A DNA stretch of 62,643 nt, counting the filler. It is 8 parts of 8 records of this genome, joined end to end, with 100 filler letters (N's around TTAATTAATTAA, not from the genome) between each part and the next. Parts side by side here need not be neighbours in the genome. Positions count along the whole stretch, not along the records: positions 54,727 to 62,643 come from SRR2962707_5438; 7 more parts are not named here. One strand, 5' to 3'. This document shows, piece by piece, positions 61,824 through 62,643 of this stretch. The translations under genes and the position numbers were made by a program. The first letter of the stretch is position 1. Every line of letters starts with the position of its first letter. A model generated the notes under the pieces. The model made no database searches, had not been told where the DNA came from, and saw nothing but the letters and a program-made list of their open reading frames with translations.

Positions 61824-62564
61824 ATGATCGAGAATGCGCAACTGATAGGCCTGAGCCGGCAAATCGCGCTGCAGCGTCAGATGGATGTTGTCGCCAACAA
61901 CATGGCCAACATCAACACCACCGGCTTCAAGGCCGAAAACCTGCTGTTCGAAGAATACGAAATGCCTGTCGCCCGCGACAAGGATTTCAAGACCAGCGAC
62001 CAGCCCCTCGCCTATGTGCAGGATTGGGCCACCATTCATGATCTGTCCGGCGGCCCCATGGTACAGACCGGCAATCAGTTTGACGTTGCACTCAACGGTG
62101 ACGGCTTCTTTGCCATTCAGACTGCGGCGGGCGAACGCTGGAGCAAATCGGGCGCCTTCCAGCTCGATGCAGGCGGCACCCTGGTTGACCTCAACGGCAA
62201 CCCGGTTCTCGGTCAGGGCGGACCCATCAAGTTCGGCCCCGAAGAAACCGGCATCATGATCGGCAAGGACGGCTCGATCAGTTCAAGCGCTGGCGCCAAG
62301 GGCAGCCTCCGCTTGGTCGAATTTGCCGATCCACAGTCTCTGACCCGCGAGGGAAACAACCTGTTTGCCGGTGGCACCCCGATTGCTGCGACCAACACCG
62401 GGGTCATGCAGGGCTTCATCGAAAAATCCAATGTCTCGGGCGTCACAGAAATGGCCGAGATGATCCGCGTGCAACGCGCTTACGAATCCGCCACCTCGCT
62501 GGCCCAGCGTCAGGACGACTTGCGTCGTTCGGCGATCCAGCGTCTCGGCGATGCAAACGCTTAA
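61824..62564 (+). CDS. flgF: Flagellar basal-body rod protein FlgF
   Basis: GLSRQIALQRQMDVVANNMANINTTGFK, QTGNQFDVALNGDGFF and QGFIEKSNVS..MIRVQRAYE. Confidence 0.95.
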   Translation: MIENAQLIGLSRQIALQRQMDVVANNMANINTTGFKAENLLFEEYEMPVARDKDFKTSDQPLAYVQDWATIHDLSGGPMVQTGNQFDVALNGDGFFAIQTAAGERWSKSGAFQLDAGGTLVDLNGNPVLGQGGPIKFGPEETGIMIGKDGSISSSAGAKGSLRLVEFADPQSLTREGNNLFAGGTPIAATNTGVMQGFIEKSNVSGVTEMAEMIRVQRAYESATSLAQRQDDLRRSAIQRLGDANA

Positions 62565-62579
62565 CCCTGAGGACCGGCC

Positions 62580-62643
62580 ATGAAAGCTCTCTATATCGCA
62601 TCGACCGGCATGAGCGCCCAGGAACGCAATGTCGAAGTCATCT
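62580..62643 (+). CDS. flgG: Flagellar basal-body rod protein FlgG, N-terminal fragment
   Basis: MKALYIASTGMSAQERNVEVI directly after flgF. Confidence 0.9.
   Translation, partial: MKALYIASTGMSAQERNVEVI

Overview
This window is not one genomic locus. It is eight unrelated contigs joined by artificial 100-nt spacers (44 N + TTAATTAATTAA + 44 N). Four contigs (1-6270, 18371-24829, 24930-30450, 48968-54626) come from an intron-rich eukaryote, probably a flagellated non-opisthokont protist. They carry a Lys-rich/GOLD-like protein, a PX-PH protein, VPS52, DNAAF5, a secreted metallophosphoesterase, a multipass membrane protein, the organellar DNA polymerase POP and RPL19. Four contigs are bacterial. 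6371-18270 is an alphaproteobacterial housekeeping region (tadA, rluB-like, rsmD, mutL, pgi, an M16 peptidase pair) with an inserted rhodanese / cobalamin riboswitch-hupE-PCuAC block. 30551-41508 is a Bacteroidota contig with an esterase, an arginase-fold protein, a pspC locus with a candidate sigma54 promoter, a candidate sRNA and a two-kinase/two-regulator cluster. 41609-48867 is an alphaproteobacterial TRAP / DHDPS-family lyase / GntR / GH78 / GH38 catabolic cluster beside a tRNA-Ser 3' end. 54727-62643 is a Caulobacter-type flagellar cluster. No CRISPR array, transposase, integrase or recognisable defence system was seen. The best candidates for something undescribed are the catabolic cluster (hypothesis: glycosylated 2-keto-3-deoxy sugar acids), the Bacteroidota pspC locus with its GUGAUU-repeat sRNA candidate, the B12-regulated hupE-PCuAC pair, and relaxed splice sites in the protist. 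All family calls come from reading motifs by eye; no database searches were run.
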